DNA of 64,000 nucleotides from Candidatus Bathyarchaeota archaeon (lineage in GTDB: Archaea > Thermoproteota > Bathyarchaeia > Bathyarchaeales > Bathycorpusculaceae): positions 40,844 through 104,843 of the forward strand of contig CAVZKL010000009.1 in NCBI GenBank assembly GCA_963775895.1, written 5' to 3'. The notes beneath the pieces are model-generated. The model saw only the letters and a program-made list of their open reading frames with translations. It did not search any database and was not told the DNA's origin. Of the stretch, positions 62,599 through 64,000 are shown one piece after another. The first letter of the stretch is position 1. Each line of letters opens with the position of its first letter. The position numbers and the translations under genes were made by a program.

Positions 62599-63167
62599 CT
62601 TTAAGTAAGTGCAATAGCATGAGCCTGTCATCTGTAAAACTTCTGATTCTTGAAAAAATGTGGATGTTTGACGGACCTGCAAAACCTGCGGAGATAGCTA
62701 AGAGTGTGGACATGAACTTTCCAGCCGTCATGATGCACCTCTTAGGACTTGCCAAGGCAAAGTATGTGAATTCACCTGAAAAGGGCCTCTACATTATTAC
62801 CGACAAGGGGAAAAGAGCGCTAGGAATCCCTGAGATGAACCAACAAAAGGCAAGCGAAATATTGAAGCACTTACCAGCAGAGAAATCCTTCCACTTCTAC
62901 GCGGATATCGGAAAACCGTTGAATACTTCCGTGGCGAGTCTCGAAGGATTCTGCGAGAAAATACAGAAGATTGATTTGAACTCGATCGAGTTTCACGTTC
63001 GGCACGGAGATTTCGAAGCTTGGTTTACACATTTGGGTGACACAGAACTGGCAAAGAAAGTCTCGATTCTAGAAAAGCAGAAAATGCGGGGAGAAGATCT
63101 TCGAAAGAAGCTCTATGAGCTTGTTCACAAACGGTACCAAGAACTGGCAAAGATAAGAGGCACTTAG
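62599..63167 (+). CDS. wHTH + DUF5752-like protein
   Basis: N-terminal HTH; FHFYADIG..SIEFH..GDFEAW motifs. Confidence 0.7.
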
Positions 63168-63350
63168 CCAAGTTTGGACGGGACTACCTGAACTGCCTTC
63201 CCAGCTTACCAAGCAGGGATACGAACTGCCTTAGGATCGAGTTTGCCAATTTTTGGATTCGTATCTCTGGATTCAGAGCATTTTGGCACTTATACTGGAG
63301 AAACTATCAAATAACCAGAAACTCATAATTGGTGCCGAGAGGGCTTCTTC

Positions 63351-63851
63351 TTGAGCAACTCTAAGGTAGTATCTGTAAAGGTTCCAATTGAAGTGTACGA
63401 AGAAATGCTTCTGCGAGTTCCAGAAGGCGAACGCAGCGACTTCATCCGCGACGCGATAGAGGAGAAGCTGCAGAAAACCCCCAAGCCAAACAAGATTTTG
63501 GAGCTGGAAAAACGTGTGACTACGATGGAAAGGGAGCTTTCAGAGATTAAAAAGAACCTCGCAGACTTGGAGCTGTTAACGTATGATCGTGGGAAAACCA
63601 ACCCGCACTCTTTTGCAATTGATGAAATAGATCACAGAATTGTCGATTATATCATGCACTACAAGGGGGCTACGACACCAGAGCTGGCAGAGTATCTAAA
63701 GACCAACAGGTGGCTTGTCTTGAACAGACTAAGAAGAATGCAGAAGGAATCCAGAAAACAGCTCGGGAAATACGTGATAGAATACCAAGCTGGAGAGAGA
63801 TCGGGAAAGAAGAGAGCGTGGTGGGTTAACGAAGAGCTCGTCGAAACATAG
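63351..63851 (+). CDS. Putative transcription regulator (RHH + coiled coil + wHTH)
   Basis: VSVKVP..RSDFIRDAIEEKL and ATTPELAEYL motifs. Confidence 0.72.
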   Translation: MSNSKVVSVKVPIEVYEEMLLRVPEGERSDFIRDAIEEKLQKTPKPNKILELEKRVTTMERELSEIKKNLADLELLTYDRGKTNPHSFAIDEIDHRIVDYIMHYKGATTPELAEYLKTNRWLVLNRLRRMQKESRKQLGKYVIEYQAGERSGKKRAWWVNEELVET

Positions 63852-63896
63852 TTGAGAATAGCAAGAATTAATTCTGTTTGTGTCGATGTATTGTCT

Positions 63897-64000
63897 GGGC
63901 CCGTAGCCCAGTCAGGATCAAGGCGTCGAATCAGCGTTGATGCGCAAGCCTCCGGGCATCAATCATGGAAGAAAGCCGGAGAACAGGGGTTCAAATCCCC
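63897..64000 (+). tRNA. tRNA-Arg(CCG) with two BHB introns (63929-63947 at position 29/30; 63956-63973 at 37/38); 3' end lies beyond the window
   Basis: GGGCCCG acceptor stem; spliced anticodon arm TCGGC-CT CCG GA-GCCGG; T arm GGGG TTCAAAT CCCC; both introns form bulge-helix-bulge motifs. Confidence 0.85.

Noticed and set aside
730-63601. Numerous short antisense or overlapping ORFs in the six-frame track
   Set aside because: They are shadows of well-supported genes on the other strand or frame and carry no motifs.

Overview
Archaeal chromosomal segment. Gene content (TFE, aMBF1, archaeal ThrRS and ProRS, Trm56, Hel308, two tungsten AOR-family enzymes, an intron-containing tRNA) is consistent with a TACK archaeon, probably Bathyarchaeia; the taxon is an inference. 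Many single-base frameshifts, several in homopolymers, suggest an imperfectly polished long-read assembly. Housekeeping and amino-acid-catabolism genes occupy about 1-28 kb and 49-64 kb, and a glycosylation/dTDP-sugar cluster occupies 38-49 kb. The most interesting region is an accessory island at about 28-37.9 kb anchored on tRNA-Val(TAC). It carries (i) an SSV1-type tyrosine integrase split by the tRNA att site, with two N-terminal halves, implying tandem integration; (ii) seven same-orientation copies of an imperfect palindrome, GGATAA-RACT-TTACCC with GT-rich and AC-rich arms, separating one- or two-gene modules like an integron or pdif-type cassette array; and (iii) 7-9 nt (CG)n runs sitting at gene ends and apparent deletion junctions, here and in a second patch at 40.6-42.2 kb. 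The window ends inside a two-intron tRNA-Arg(CCG).
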